A DNA stretch of 64,000 nucleotides from Eledone cirrhosa (lineage: Eukaryota). This document shows, one piece after another, positions 13,979-27,425 of this stretch. The stretch covers positions 74,338,001 through 74,402,000 of the forward strand of contig OZ024744.1 of NCBI GenBank assembly GCA_964016885.1, given 5' to 3'. The notes beneath the pieces are model-generated. The model worked only from the letters and a program-made list of their open reading frames with translations. It had not been told where the DNA came from and made no database searches. Made by a program: the position numbers and the translations under genes. Each line of letters opens with the position of its first letter. Within the stretch, counting starts at the first letter, position 1.

Positions 13979-13979
<1 letters not shown>
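13792..13979 (+). mobile_element. tRNA-derived SINE with (ATT)n tail
   Basis: GGGCGGTAGATTGGCAGTATTGG, GAGTTCAAATCCC, GCCTTTCATCCTTACGGGGTCGATAAAATAAAATACCAGT, GTAGAAACA(ATT)n. Confidence 0.88.
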
Positions 13980-14020
<41 letters not shown>

Positions 14021-14022
<2 letters not shown>

Positions 14023-16670
14023 AGTTGCATTTATCTTGCTTTATGTTCATACGAGTTATCACCAAGTCACAACCAGTGACCTCAAGAGACAACAAGGTCC
14101 GCCATGTTCAAGGAAGAACATACATACTCACACATGCATCTTTAGTGTTTAGACTTGTGATGTACTTATATTGACAGAATCTTCCTTAGTATATGGGCAG
14201 TTCCCATTATTACTATCTTTTGTATTTCTCCTATACGCGGGTTTCCTGGGATCTGCGATAAGTAATCATTAGACCCCTTAGGTATCATTCCCAGAGCGCC
14301 TACAACCACTGGTATTGTTTTAGTTCTCAATTTCCACATTTTTCCTATTTCTATCTCCAGGTCCTTATACTTGCTCAATTTTTCAAATGTTTTTATAGAT
14401 ACATTCTTGTCTATTGGAACAGACATATCAATTAGCAGACATAACCTCTTTTTAAAGTCCTTTAATATTATATCAGGTCTATTTCCATCTATTTTTCGGT
14501 CTGTTTGGATGCTAAAGTTCCACAAGATTGAGATGTGATCTTTTTCAAGTATGGGAGGTGGTTGATGCTCCCACCAATTCTTTTGATGGGGCAGGTCAAA
14601 ATGCTTACACATTATCCAATGTATGTATTGTGCAGCTCTGTCATGCCTGTTTAGGTATTCGGTTGGAGCTATAGGACTGCACATTGAAATTATATGGTCA
14701 ATGGTCTCTGGTTGTTTTTTTGCATACACGGCATAATGGGCTGCATCCATTTTTTTATTATGTTGGCTTGGTAATTTTTTGTTGGCAGACACTGATCTTG
14801 GGCTGATATAATCAGTCCTTCAGTCTCCGATTTCAGTCCAGAGGATGCCAACCACTGATGGGTTAAAGTTTTGTCAACATCAGGATTGTTAGCTCGCTCT
14901 GGGTATTTTCCATACAGAGGCTTTTCTTGCCATTTCTTAGCCAGTTTCTGTAGCAGTTCTTTCTTTGCAGTTACTTTTACCTGCTCTTCTTTTTCTGTGT
15001 TTTCCATTTCAGCAGTAAATGGGACTTCTGAAATTTGTAGTCCATTACTGTATCTTTGTGCATCTTTTGTAATGGAATATGATCTTTTGATGCTTTCGTG
15101 TTTCAAAACGAGTTTGATCATTCAATCATGTGATTCCCTTAGATATGTAGATAATCCAATTGTTGCAGTTTTCAACGCAATGTCTAACTGGATTAACCCA
15201 CGTCCTCCTTCTTTCCTAGGGAGATATATTCTATCTATATCTGCCTTAGGGTGATGCATTCAGTGCATGGTTAAGAATTTTCGAATTTTTGTATCGAGCC
15301 TACGGATCTCTGTACTTGACCAGTTGATGACATTGTAACTGTAGGTTACTACTGGTATGGCAAGCGTGTTTATGGCATCGATCCTATTCCTTGCATTCAA
15401 TTCCGTTCTTAAGATTGCTCTTACTCTGCGGTAACATTCCTTCCTTATCATTTCCCTCATTGTCGAGTGCTTGATTCCGTCTCCTTCACAAACACCTCGA
15501 TATTTGTCAGTTTTTTCTTGATCAAGTTCTCTTATAACGTTCCCCCGATCAAGATTAATGTCTGAACTCTTCAGCAGCTTTCCTCTGGTGAACGTTGCTT
15601 TGGCGCATTTATCTAGTCCAAACTCCATTTTAATGTCATCACTGAACTGCTCCACAGTGGATAATAGCCCTTGCAATTGTTCATCATTTTTTGCAAATAG
15701 TTTCAGGTCATCCATGTAGAACAGGTGATTAATGGTTTTGTCATAGACTTTATATCCATGTTTTGTTTCATTGAGCATTTTACTTAATGGTATAAGTGCG
15801 ATGCAGAATAAAAGCGGTGATAAAGAGTCACCCTGAAAAATTCCACAATTAATATTAACTTCTCCAGCTTCCAGTGATTTTGTTTCACTATTCAAAAGGA
15901 GTGTAGTTTTCCATGTCTTCATACTGAATGACAAAAACCTCCTGACAACGGGGGATATTTTGAAAATTTCTAAACATTTTTCAATCCAACTGTGTGGCAA
16001 ACTATCGAATGCTTTTTTATAATCTATCCAAGCAATCGATAGATTTTTGTGTCTATTATGACAATCTTCCAGTATCATTTTGTTAACCAGAAGCTGATCC
16101 TTACAGCCATATGAGCCTCGTTTACACCCTTTCTGCTCAATGGGAAATAGGTCATTTGTTATCAGGTGGTCATATGTGTATTCAGTTAGGACTGACGTTA
16201 AAATGTTATACATTGTGCTCAAGCAAGTTATCGGTCTGTAATTTTTGGGATTGTTTGTCTCATCATTCTTCGGAAGCAGGAATGTAATGCCGTTAACTAG
16301 CCATGATGGTATCTTTTCTGGCTCCTTAACTATTTCATTGTAAAGTTGGGCTAACAGCTCATGAGACTCTGTGAAGGCATTTATCCAAAAGTTTTGTATT
16401 TTGTCTTTTCCTGGGGATTTCCATTTGCTGGTTTTTCTTAGAGCCAAGCGCAACTGTTCAACTGTTATATTTTCCCATATTTGTTCCTCAAGGTGAGCTG
16501 TATCTTTCATTTGTCTGTCTATCCATGGGGCATGTATGTTATGAACTTTGTCTTCGGCCCAGATCTTTTCCCAGAATTCTTGTACTTCCTCCTTGGGTGG
16601 TATTGATTTAGCAGTTATTGTTGACTTACCAATTTTTCTGTAGAAGTTTCTTTGGTTGTTTTTGAACATA
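14021..16670 (-). mobile_element. 5'-truncated R4/Dong-like element family A
   Basis: ORFs 15260-16669, 14690-15121 and 14166-14792 are near-identical to the 28502-32152 protein; same 3' UTR; (ATT)n on both sides. Confidence 0.96.
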
Positions 16671-16685
16671 TTATTATTATTATTA

Positions 16686-16725
<40 letters not shown>

Positions 16726-17520
16726 CATTTGCATTTATCTTGCTTTATGTTTATACGAGTTATCACCAAGTCACAACCAGTGACCTCAAGAGACAACAAG
16801 GTCCGCCATGTTCAAGAAAGAACATACATATTCGCACATGCATCCTTAGTGTTTAGACTTGTGATGTACTTATATTGACAGAATCTTCCTTAGTATATGG
16901 GCAGTTCCCATTAGTACTATCTTTTGTATTTCTCCTATACGCGGGTTTCCTGGGATTTGCGATAAGTAGTCGTTAGACCCCTTAGGTATCATTCCCAGAG
17001 CGCCTACAACCACTGGTATTGTTTTACTTCTCAATTTCCACATTTTTCCAATTTCTATCTCCAGGTCCTTATACTTGCTCAATTTTTCAAATGTTTTTAT
17101 AGATACATTCTTGTCTATTGGAACAGACATATCAATTAGTAGGCATACCCTCCTTTGAAAGTCCTTCAATATTATATCAGGTCTATTTGCATCTATTTTT
17201 CGGTCTGTTTGGATGCTAAAGTTCCACAAGATTGAGATGTGATCTTTTTCAAGTATGGGAGGTAGTTGTTGCTCCCACCAATTCTTTTGATGGGGCAGGT
17301 CAAAATGCTTACACATTATCCAATGTATGTATTGTGCAGCTCTGTCATGCCTGTTTAGGTATTCGGTTGGAGCTATAGGACTGCACATTGAAATTATATG
17401 GTCAATGGTCTCTGGTTGTTTTTTGCATACACGGCATAAATGGCTGCACCCAATTTTTATTATGTTGGCTTGGTAATTTTTTGTTGGCAGACACTGATCT
17501 TGGGCCGATATAATCAGTCC

Positions 17521-17522
<2 letters not shown>
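16726..17522 (-). mobile_element. Short 5'-truncated R4/Dong-like element family A
   Basis: RLE domain ORF 16870-17388 plus 3' UTR near-identical to 31500-32293; (ATT)n on both sides. Confidence 0.96.
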
Positions 17523-17580
<58 letters not shown>

Positions 17581-17583
<3 letters not shown>

Positions 17584-19265
17584 CTTGAATCTCAGTCATT
17601 GATGTTAGTTAACTGGAAAGTCCGTTGGAATGAATATCAAGCCACTACCTGCAGCCTCAGATATTCAGGACGTATCGGAGGGTTCTTGCTGTTCCCAGCA
17701 AGCATGCCTTTTGAAGCGTTCCAAAAAGCGTGAAGCGGCCGATTTTCTTTAACCATCCCTGGAAACTTTTGGAGATAGTCCCCAGTGCGCCTATGACAAT
17801 CGAGATCACTTTGACTTCATGGCTGTTCCAAATCCTTTTTACCTCCCACTTTAAGTCCTGGTATCGGTTAATTTTCTCCCTCTCCTTCTCTTGCACTCTC
17901 GTGTCGAATGGGCAGGCCACATCCACAATCAGACACGATCTTTTTTCTTTGTCCACAACCACCAGGTCAGGTCTATTGTGTTCCAGTTTCTTGTCCGTCT
18001 GTATCCTAAAATCCCACAGCACCTTCACCTGATCGTTCTCCATCACCGCCTCTGGCTTATGCTCATACCATTTCTCAGAATGTGGTAAATTGTTTACTTT
18101 GCACAGGTGCCAGTGGATTACCCTGCCCATCACATCATGTCTCCAGCCCTTATAGTGGGTCTGGGCTAAGTGTTTACACTCGGATACAATGTGAGCCACA
18201 GTCTCCTCTCTCTCTCCACAGATCCTGCACAGTGGGCTAGCCTCCTCCTTGTAAATATGGTGTTTCAACCACTTCGTTTTGAGGGCCTGCTCCTGAGCAG
18301 CCATTAACATTCCTTCTGTAGCCTTTTTAAGGTCTCCTCTTCTCAACCAGTTCCATGTCTGTGGATCGCTAAATTCAGTTTTCTCAAAGAAGGTACTATG
18401 AAGGGATTTTTCCTGAAGGCTGCTCTTCCTCCTTGATGTTATTTCCTCCTTGGACATTCCCTGGCCTATTGTCCCCTCCTTCAGTACAGTTCTGAGCATT
18501 GGCTCTTACTATCAGTCACGTATTTGTGTAGGTTGTTTTTCTCCATCTGAACACAGTCCTCTATGCTGATAAGACCTCTTCCACCCTCAGATCTCCTTAG
18601 GTAGAGTCTATCGACATCACTCCTCTTGTGGAACATGTTGTAGATAGTCAATAGCTTCCTAGTCTTCCTATCCATTTCTTTTTGTTCAGCAACATTCCAT
18701 CTCAGAATTCCCGCACTGTACCTAATAATAGACACAGCTCGGGAATTTACTGCGCTTATGGCATTTCTGCTGTTCAGATGTGACTTCAATACGCTCCTTA
18801 CTCTCCGAATGTATTCAGTTCTTAACAATTCCTTCATTTTTTTGTTCTTTATGCCATCAGCCTCCAGAACGCCCAAATACTTGTATCCTTCCTCAGAGTC
18901 AATTTCCTTTATCATCTCACCTGTTGGTATCTGGATTCCGTTACTTCTGCTCAACCTACCCCTCCTCATCACAATGACTCCACTCTTACTAATACCAAAC
19001 TGCATACATATATCACTGCTGAAAATACGGACAGTGCCAACAAGCACATCCAACTCCTTCTCACTCTTCCCGAAGAGCTTAAGATCGTCCATGAAGAGGA
19101 GGTGATTGATGGTAAGCCCTCCCTTTCCCAACCCGTATCCTGATCTCACTTTTCGCAGTACACTGGTCAGGGGCATCAGGACAAGGACAAACAACAGAGG
19201 GGACAGGCTATCTCCCAGGAAGATACCTCTCTTGATCTTCACGCTTCCCAAGGATTCTCCAGTTG
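17581..19265 (-). mobile_element. 5'-truncated R4/Dong-like element family B
   Basis: ORFs 18481-19251 and 17657-18499 (one frameshift) near-identical to the C-terminal half of 33450-36842; (ATT)n on both sides. Confidence 0.96.
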
Positions 19266-19497
19266 TATTATTATTATTATTATTATTGGCGACCTACGTA
19301 GTAAATCGTATTATCGTGAGCTCCGCAAAGGTTTGTTATTTCCGTTTGTTAAAAATTGCCATTTATGGAAAATGTTTATTGTTAACCATATATAAGCGCA
19401 CATACATTGTTTTCCGAAAAGGACACCCAAAAAGATTGGGGCCTTGTGCCCAAAATTTAAACTTTTATGATTATCAAAAAATTTCTTTGAGAAAAAA

Positions 19498-21457
19498 ATG
19501 GCTAATTCACCTCTGCACCAAGCAGCTGAAAGCCTTTCTCACAAATTAACACCTCACACCGACACCACCATTGTAAATGTTACTACGTTTGCCAACACTA
19601 CAAAAAATATAAGCAGTAGCAATATTTTAAATTTGTCTCAGGCAGACATTCATTTCCCGCCATTACCAATGACTGCAGGTGTTAAAGCCTCCACCACAAC
19701 CGCGACAACAGAAACAAAAGAAGAAAAAAATAAATTAAATCCTGATGTCGAAATGAAATCAAGCAAAATGGACTCTTCCCCACCAAAGACGACCGACGTT
19801 ACCATCACCACAACTGAAGCTAAAATTAATATTAACACAAATAACGATAGCAACAACAACAACAATGATATTATAAAAACCACGCTCAGTTTTGCCAGAG
19901 TAGCAAAACAGTTCGAAGCATTTACGGTAACTCAGGAGGATTTAGAAAATGCCAAACAAATGGTAAAGAAAGATGGATACAGGGTCAGCCTCACCCCCCA
20001 CCTAATAAAATGGAGCATCGGTGCCTATGCACCGTGTCGTATCGAATAATAAATGTAAAATCGCGCCGAATGGAACGGGCATCCGAGTCCCAAATCAAAA
20101 AAGCTTTGGGACATGTGTGGGCAAGAAAAACCCACATCAGACGTGAGCAGAAGTATGGAACCGTGGACGTGTTCTTTGAAACACCAGAGGAGGCTAGAGA
20201 ACGCTCCATGGCTCCATTAAGAAGTGACGACTTCACACTCGTCCCAAGCTATTGTGGCCAGAGACTAGTAAAGATCAGGGTGACCCACGTTCCACCGGCC
20301 ATCGAAATTCCCTGGATAATAGCGGCCGTCCTCGCCGGCATCGAAGCCAACACAAAAATAACAGCAATAGCAAAAGAAAAGCAGGAGAACTGGTCCGGAT
20401 CTGGGATGGAGCTCCTGATCCAAGCGGACCAAAAAAGCATTGAGGAGATCCCAGAGGTAATAGACCTCACTGACGGCAGCCACCTCACGGTAATTGTCGA
20501 GGGCAGAAGACCTAGGTGTGTGGTTTTTGGTGAAGGAACCCACCTAAGGGCTTTCTGCCCTCAGGCTAAAAGATTGAGGCCACCTCTCCTACCCACCCCA
20601 GTGACACAACCATCAACACCACCAGTAGCAGAGATGGCAGCAACAACTGTAGCAGCAACAACAGAAGCAACTATAACAGCAACAAACCCAGCAACAGTAG
20701 CAAAACCAACACCACCACCACCACCAGCAAAACCAACACCACCACCACCCAACACTTCAGAACTAGCACCAGCGGGTACACCATCCACCACGCCACAAGC
20801 AAAACTAACGCCTGTGGAGGATTTTACACTCCCCGGCCTATCACAACTGGAGACAGATTGTGACGACGAGGAGTGGGAAACGATATCCGGAAAAAAAAAA
20901 GAAACCAAAAAAGAAAAAATTCTCTTCCTTCCCCCTCCAAAAACAAAATACAGAGGGAAACAAATAAATTAAGAAACAAAAAAGTTAGGACAGATATGCC
21001 ACCATCCACACCAGCATCACCAACCCCATCAACCCAAACACCAACACCATCACCATCATTAACCCCAACACCACCATCACCTACACCACAAAAGTCACCA
21101 AAATGCGAAACAGAAACAAACCCACAACAAACGCAAACAAAACAAATCAACCAAAACGATACACACTACACAGCATTAAATTTGAACAACAAGCAATTAT
21201 TACACTACATCCAACACAACACCAGCATCACAGAAAAAGACTACACAACAACCCCAACATTCACACCACCTCCACACATACAAATCACTCGCATCACACA
21301 GAAAACGTACATGACACTAAAACAAAAATTCCCCAAAGACATCGGAGATTTCCGACAAGCACTCTCCAGGAGGATTTATAAGGACATCCTTCCTGAGGAG
21401 GCCACAAGCAGTGAAAAGGATGGAAAAACCGTCCTTTCCCTACGAGAAGTAAGGTAA
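19498..21457 (+). pseudogene. Tx1 ORF1 (gag-like RNA-binding protein) split over three frames
   Basis: ORFs 19498-20049, 20010-20972 and 20873-21457 each show homology to ORF1 pieces at 8686-10631; RRM-like YGTVDVFF and a degenerate knuckle CVVFGEGTHLRAFC; frame breaks at a C-run (~19995) and an A-run (~20891). Confidence 0.85.
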
Positions 21458-21491
21458 GTGGTCTTTCCCATCTTTTCCACTCCTTTTCAAC

Positions 21492-24400
21492 ATGACCTCA
21501 CTCAGAATAGGCAGCATAAATGCGCGTGGCTTGGGGTCGTCATGGAAGCAGGGCCACCTGCTCAATGACCTCAGGTCACTAAACATAGATGTAGTGGCCA
21601 TCAGCGAGACCAGAATCTCCGAAGCACAGGCTTTCGCACCGATCTTCGGCGGCTACGATGTGTACGCATCTCCCAGCCGTCCGGGATCGGGCGGAGAAGT
21701 TGCTGTGCTTTTTCGGAGAGGTTTGGATCTTGCCATACGGGCCATCTTCCTGGACCCAGAAGGTAAGTTGGTGGTGCTGGACGTGACCAGCGGAGACGGG
21801 CAAGCTTTCAGGTTAGTGGCCGTCTATGCCCCGACAGGAGCAGGGCGGCCTGATTTCTTCCGGCGTCTGGAGACCTTTCTTGGAACGTCCCGCTCTTTAG
21901 TGTTAGTGGGCGACTGGAACGGGATCTTAGATGCACGCTGGGATTGTGTGGGATTAGTGGATAGGGAAGGAGGGTGCAAGAGTCTCACCAACCTGCTCAG
22001 ACGTTTTGAACTGTCTGACAGGTACCGAATGGATTTCCCGAATGTACCAATGTGGACTTGGACAAATCGCATAGGGTCATCCAGATCATATCTAGATAGA
22101 GTATTTTGTAGGGAAATAGATAGGTCTAGCATAGGCTGTCCACAATTCAAGATAGTCAGCTACACGGACCACAAATTCGTGATCTGTGTGCTTGACTTAG
22201 ATAGGCTTCATAGACGAGGACCCGGCTACTGGAAGCTACACGCGTCCTTACCAGCGCGCAAGGCCTACAGAGACCGGATTAGCGAACTAGTTAAGCGGGC
22301 GTTGACGGGGGCCATCGTCAACAAGAAGTGGTGGTTTGCTCTGTAAAGAGCAATTAGAATAGAGTCCATTAGGTTTAGTAAGACTTTAGCAGTAGAGAAA
22401 AATAGAGCATAGGGAGAATTAGTTAGAAAATTAGATGAGGCGCTTAGCAAAGGCATCGCGACCGACGTACTTGCGGCGAAATTGGCCCTTGACCAATTCT
22501 TCAATGCAAAGCACGAAGGCTGCGTTGTCAGAGCTAGGGTGCGTGCTCTCAGACACGAGGGGACGAAAGCCGTTCAATGGGCCCGAGTGGCGGAGGCGCG
22601 TCGTGGCAACAAGGCCACGATCCGGTCTTTGGTGGACCACGACGGGCGCATGCTACTCGATCCCGGGAAAATGTGTGAAGCTTTTCAGCGACACTTCGCT
22701 CAACTGTTCGGGGGCAGTGGCGGGCCGGATCGAGGGATGGACTTTAGTGTCTACCTCGACGGACTGCCGCGGCTTTCGGCCACTGAGGCGGAGTGTTGCG
22801 AAAAGCCAATAACAACCGCTGAAGTACGGGATGCAATGACTAGTTGCACAAGGGGTAAATCGCCTGGTTTGGATGGTCTGCCCTATGAACTTTACGTACA
22901 AATGCCAAACTTGTTCGGAGGCCTCTTGGCGAACGTCTACTGCAACTGGCAACAGAACGGGAGAATTCCCAGCTCTGTGAGCCGAGGAGCGGTGGCGCTG
23001 CTGAGAAAGGATCCGAACAAGGGGGATAACATAGATAATTTTAGGCCCATAACTCTGCTAAACACAGAATTCAAGATTTTGGCCAAGGTGCTAGCAAAGA
23101 GGTTGGCGCTTGTCGTTGGTGGTCTGGTGGGAGAGGCACAGACATGCGCCATTCCCGACAGATCCATCCACGACAACCTCCACCTCATGCGATACATCGT
23201 AGAGAGGGTAGCTAGGGAACCTGGCACGGGTGGGTCTTTGATCAATTTAGATCAGTCGAAAGCCTTCGATAGGGTCGACCATCGTTACCTAACGGCAGTC
23301 CTGAGGGCGGCTGGCTTTGGGCCCGTCTTCAGAGGCTGGATCGCTGCCGTGCACAGCGACATCTGCTCTGTAGTGAGAGTGAACGGTCACCTTTCGGAAC
23401 CGTTCAACATCATGCGCTCGGTCCGCCAAGGATGTCCCCTCTCGTCCCTATTGTACGTATTGACTCTCGAGCCATTACTGCACAAACTGGAGACGTTGAG
23501 GGGGGTCCCGCGCGAACTAGGATGCGGAAGATCCGTGTCAGCATATGCCGACGATGTCACCGTAGTGGTGTCGAACGCCAAACACATCGAGGCGATCGGC
23601 ACTACACTAAGAGAATACGAAGCGGTGACAGGAGCAATGATCAACCAGGAAAAGTCAGTGGGCCTGCAGCTCGGCACCTGGAAAGGCAGGTCCATGCCGT
23701 CCAACAGCGTCGTCGGGCGCTGGACGGACGGACCGGTTAAATTGCTAGGGGTCTGGTTCGGTCCAGACCTCCAGACGGACAAAAACGGGGACGAGGTGAA
23801 GAGCAGGGTGGCCTCTCTCACCCAGAAATGGGCCGAGAGGAAGCTATCCCTGAAAGGTCGAGCGGCGGTGGCGAATGCGTACATCGCATCCGTCATCTAC
23901 TACCGCCTGACCGTCGTACCTTGTCCTAAGCCCCGCCTGACTGCGCTGGAGCGTTTGCTCTTTCGCTTTTTGTGGAAGGGACGTGCTCCGATGGTCAGGC
24001 GGTCCATCTGCTGTCAACACCCGCTACGTGGAGGGCTGGGCATGCCGTGGTTGATGATGCGCAGACACGCGCTCAGGCTACGACATCTCCACCTCTTCCT
24101 CGACGGTGATCAGGTGTGGTCGCCGTTTGCAAGACACGTTTTTCCCCAGCTCGTCTCCTTGACGGAGCTACAGTCCTGGGTCAAGCGAAGACCGAGAGGG
24201 AGCGCTTGGAGACTGGAATGTCTTCAGGCGCTCACAGCCCTCGACCAATCGGGCAATGTGATCGGTGGAAACTCCACCTTGGCGTTCTATAGGGGATTAG
24301 TGGAGGGGAAGAGCGACGACGTACTTGGAGAAACTCTAGGCGTCGACGAAAATCAACTAGCCAATCTCTTCGGAAGGACTTTCGGGCCGGGGCCTATGGA

Positions 24401-24911
24401 CAACTTCCAGAAATCCCTGGCCTGGCAGTGCTACCGAGGAGCTTTGCCAGTTCGGGATAAACTCTACAGGCATGGAGGTGCCGTCAGCCGGGCATGTCCG
24501 AGATGCGCGCAGGGCGACGAAACCGTCCTGCACGCACTCGTCCAGTGTCCGAGCATTGCTGACTTGTGGGTTTATGTCGAACACCTGCTGTCACGTGTAG
24601 GACGGATCCAGCTATCAGCTGAGTCCATCGTGAGGATTGCCCCGCCCCCTTCCTTTAGCCTGGAAGGGCAGGCAGTTTTTATCTGTCTGGTGGCCATGGC
24701 GAAAGAGATAGTATGGTGGACACGTTTGAAAGGGCTGAAGACGAGCACTTACCTCTTCGGTGATTCCCTGATTAACTTTTTCAAATTTCATTTGAAAAGG
24801 AAAATCAGGGTAGAGAGGGAAGTGCTCTCTTCCCAGCATTTTGTTGAAAGATGGGTGAGAGAAGCAAGTATGGCCCGAATGAATGGGCCTTCTCTGAGTA
24901 TGTGTCTGTAA
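21492..24911 (+). pseudogene. Tx1 ORF2: AP endonuclease + reverse transcriptase + CCHC finger, two in-frame stops
   Basis: INARG, VAISET, VYAP, GDWN, SYLDR, TDH (APE); FRPITLLN, DQSKAFD, QGCPLS, YADD (RT); CPRC-x7-H-x4-C; single frame with TAA at 22344 and TAG at 22410. Confidence 0.93.
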
Positions 24912-25153
24912 AGTAAAGGTGGAAAACTGGGAGAGGGCACTTGCCCTGGTGGTCAGGGCCACTGTGGTCTTTTAATGGGCTTTCTCCACAAATGTCCCTT
25001 GGAAGTCTCCCCCCTATTGGGGAATTTTTCTTTGTTATTTTATTTCAACCTCTGTTTTTTTACACGCAGAAATGCCCATTTGTACCGTCCTGTATTGTCC
25101 TGTACTGTCCTTAATGTCTACTTTATGTGAACTCTTGTGGTTAATAAAGAAAA

Positions 25154-25193
<40 letters not shown>

Positions 25194-25326
25194 TAATAAT
25201 TGTAATATTATATATAATAACACATTCCTTCAAATTTAGTTCCTTTACTTTTAAGTAAATATATCTTGCTGACTCATAATTAAAATAAACGTTATTTCTT
25301 TTGAAGTTAGACTTATGATTAATATA

Positions 25327-25506
25327 ATTGTTTCTACCTGTGGTACAAGGCCAGCAATTACCCCAGTGCATTACTGGTACTTTATTTTATCGACCCCGTA
25401 AGGATAAAATGCAAATTAACCTCGGCGGAATTTGAACTCACACCGTAAAGGGCCATAATTCTATGATGCAAAGGATAGTGTCTGACGCTCTACCGATACT
25501 GGCAAT
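25327..25506 (-). mobile_element. tRNA-derived SINE
   Basis: Reverse complement of the 13792-13979 family (TTTTATCGACCCCGTAAGGAT, GGAATTTGAACTC). Confidence 0.85.
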
Positions 25507-25660
25507 GGTGCCTAATTTTGGCATGATACCAAAAATTTCGGTGGACAGGGAAATGCAAGAACCGATCAAGTACTTAACTGGTATTTTACTCAATCGACTA
25601 GAAAGTTATAACTAAATACAATAAACCATCGTGTCCCGCACTCTAACGTTTATATTAATA

Positions 25661-26253
25661 ACTAGCATTAAAGCCCGGCGTTGCTCGGGGTCAGTAAGTT
25701 ACCAAAGTTAGGTTGCACCACCCATTTTATGGCAGCACTTTTTTGTCTGCCAGGCACTGGGTGAATGAATTGCAGACCTGGACTGCCGAAGCATGAGCTG
25801 CGCCAGCAGTTACAATTGTAATTTCGCCTATGGATATTATCTCTGTGCAAAGAAGTGTTGGAATTTATTGTTTCACAGTACTTGCGCAACACGTGCGTAG
25901 ACGATGCCAGCCGAACAACAGAGCTGCGATGGAGTTGTTCTGCATAGTTGTCCAATGTGTGTTTTCTAAATTTAAAACAGTAGGGAGGGGTGAGATATGG
26001 GGGGGAGAGTTAGCTGCTGTTTCTAGCAGGTTTAGTGACCTCATAGAGTATATTATTGTGTATAGTAAATAAATTGATACTTCTTTCTTCCACGTTCGTT
26101 GAGAGATGTTTTAAAAAAGATTTATCGCTGTTTTTTTGTTGTTGAATAAATTTATCTGTTGTTTTTGAATAATTGTTGTTTCGTATGAAATGTAATAATC
26201 TTTGTTGTCATGGAAGTAAATAAATGTTTGACCGTTCCACACTCAAAAACAAA

Positions 26254-26313
<60 letters not shown>

Positions 26314-26626
26314 CGGCGTTCCTAAAGGAAGTTTGTAAGTTTAAGCGTATATAAGAGAAAGTTGCAGCATGTATGTAGTTTTATCGAATTTTAAGGGGAG
26401 TAGAGAGAGGTAAGCAGATTCTATTAGAGGTGTAAAGCGTCATGTATTTAGTTTTATCGATTATTTCCGTAATTGTGGGTGAGTTTGAAATAAATACATA
26501 GTCGTTGACCTAAGTTAGACCATTTACAACATTCTTACAGACATTCAGTCGAATCGGTTTGAAATTGTGCAAATGTATAAAATTGAAACATACATACAGA
26601 CACAAAAATCTGCCTTTTATAGATAA
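25661..26626 (+). mobile_element. Non-autonomous Helitron/Helentron-like element (Lep1/DINE-1 style)
   Basis: Starts ACTAG followed by hairpin CCCGGCGTTGCTCGGG; ends ...GAATCGGTTTGAAA...ACATACATACAGACA...CTTTTATATAGAT; internal (CT)n. Confidence 0.6.
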
Positions 26627-26674
26627 TGATGATGATGATTATAACAATGATTTCTCATTAACGGACAGGAGGAT

Positions 26675-27366
26675 GTAGATTGCTGCACGGCAAGAATGGA
26701 AATCCTGCGAAGACAGAGATATGCGTCCTCTCAAGTAAATCTGCTCAGTGCACTCATCATGTGAGTGGAGTTCCACTGAAGCAGATGAAGTTGAAGTATC
26801 TTAGGGCCGTTTTCACGAGTGATGGAAAGCAAGATGTTGAATTAAATACAAGAATTGCAGGAGCTGGTGCAGTAATGCGTTCAGTAGCAAGGGATGTAAG
26901 AGAAAGGCCAAACTCTTCAGTTCGGTCTTTGTGTCAACCCTTAACGATGGTCTTGAATCTTGTCTAATGACCGAAACAATACGATCGCAAATACAATCTG
27001 CAAAAATGGGGTTCCTCCGAAGGTTCTAAGGTAATAACGTTACTCGATGGAGTGCATTAGTCTAAGGTCAGAGAATCTCCAGGTAGAGCTGCTTCTTCTC
27101 CGAATTGAGAGATCACAGCTCTGATATTATGGACATGTGATTTGAATGTCTCAGGAAAGAATCGCTGGAAAAATATTACGGGCAAAACCAACCGCAGGTA
27201 ACCTTAGGGTGGACCCCGAGCAATATGGTTGTATAACATCCATGACCTTGGCTCGTGACGCTTGAGGATCCAGCCGGATCAGTTGGAGACCGTTGCTTCT
27301 CACAAGAGTTGCTGAAATGCGTGGCTGGAGAATCGGCCCCAGCGATCCTCTCAGAAATAAGTGAAC

Positions 27367-27370
<4 letters not shown>
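26675..27370 (+). mobile_element. 5'-truncated degenerate RTE-clade (Rex3/Expander-like) element with (AAT)n tail
   Basis: KYL.AVFTSDGK..VELNTRI.GAGAVMRS; MTETIRSQIQSAKMGFLRR; LLLRIERSQL*YYGHV; ends in (AAT)n at 27368-27421. Confidence 0.8.
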
Positions 27371-27422
<52 letters not shown>

Positions 27423-27425
27423 TAA

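Larger units (their letters stand above)
19288..25154 (+). mobile_element. Full-length Tx1/L1-clade non-LTR retrotransposon with few lesions
   Basis: ~210 nt 5' UTR, ORF1, ORF2, 3' UTR ending TGTGGTTAATAAAGAAAAC; (ATT)n on both sides. Confidence 0.95.
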
